A DNA stretch of 44,304 nucleotides from a virus. Lineage: Duplodnaviria > Caudoviricetes. The notes under the pieces were generated by a model that worked only from the letters and a program-made list of their open reading frames with translations, did no database searches and was not told where the DNA came from. Positions 44,296 to 44,304 of the stretch are shown in pieces. Position 1 is the stretch's first letter. Every line of letters starts with the position of its first letter. Position numbers and translations under genes: made by a program. The DNA lies in the IMG/VR virus record IMGVR_UViG_3300037478_000874, positions 1 to 44,304 of that record; one strand, given 5' to 3'.

Positions 44296-44304
44296 CTGCC
44301 GTTC
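44296..44304. repeat. Terminal 9-nt repeat (cohesive end copy)
   Basis: CTGCCGTTC, identical to 1-9. Confidence 0.75.

Larger units (their letters stand above)
1..44304. mobile_element. Complete temperate siphophage genome (cos-packaged, lambda-type head assembly, serine integrase)
   Basis: Full set of packaging, head, tail, lysis, immunity, replication and integration genes. No host genes. 9-nt terminal repeat next to the small terminase gene. Confidence 0.9.

Noticed and set aside
44293-44304. RfaH ops site at the cos junction (AACGGCAGCGCG-like on the minus strand)
   Set aside because: Only a partial match to GGCGGTAGnnTG, lacking the key T, and already explained as cos.

Overview
The window looks like one complete linear genome of a temperate, high-GC siphovirus. 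Gene families point to an alphaproteobacterial host (inference). Both ends carry the same 9 nt (CTGCCGTTC), and a lambda-type cosQ (GGGTCCT) lies 24 nt from one end, consistent with cos packaging. The minus-strand late operon runs from 44227 to 13845: terminase, gpW, lambda-type portal, S49 protease, decoration protein, Mu-gpT-type capsid, neck genes, an 8-gene glycan-modification cluster, tail tube, chaperones, tape measure, tail tip, fibres and lysis genes. A cI/cro switch with ACTAC-N5-GTAGT operators divides two early arms. The leftward arm holds Rmf-like, GapR-like, ParB, MT-A70, radical SAM, Rep (with an internal GANTC-rich origin) and NusG-paralog genes. The rightward arm holds ParB, GIY-YIG/Xis and a large serine recombinase with a candidate attP inside its 3' end that resembles a tRNA-Glu 3' end. 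The best candidate for a new system is virion glycosylation. A Maf-like GT, three KpsS-like GTs, a GT9, a sulfotransferase, an FkbM methyltransferase and a HAD phosphatase sit between head and tail genes, and Gly-Ser-Pro recurs 13 times in outer virion proteins. The genome also carries several hairpin repeat families, some with covarying stems or G-quadruplex-like loops, and many lie in frame inside genes. All family assignments come from motif recognition by eye; no database searches were run.
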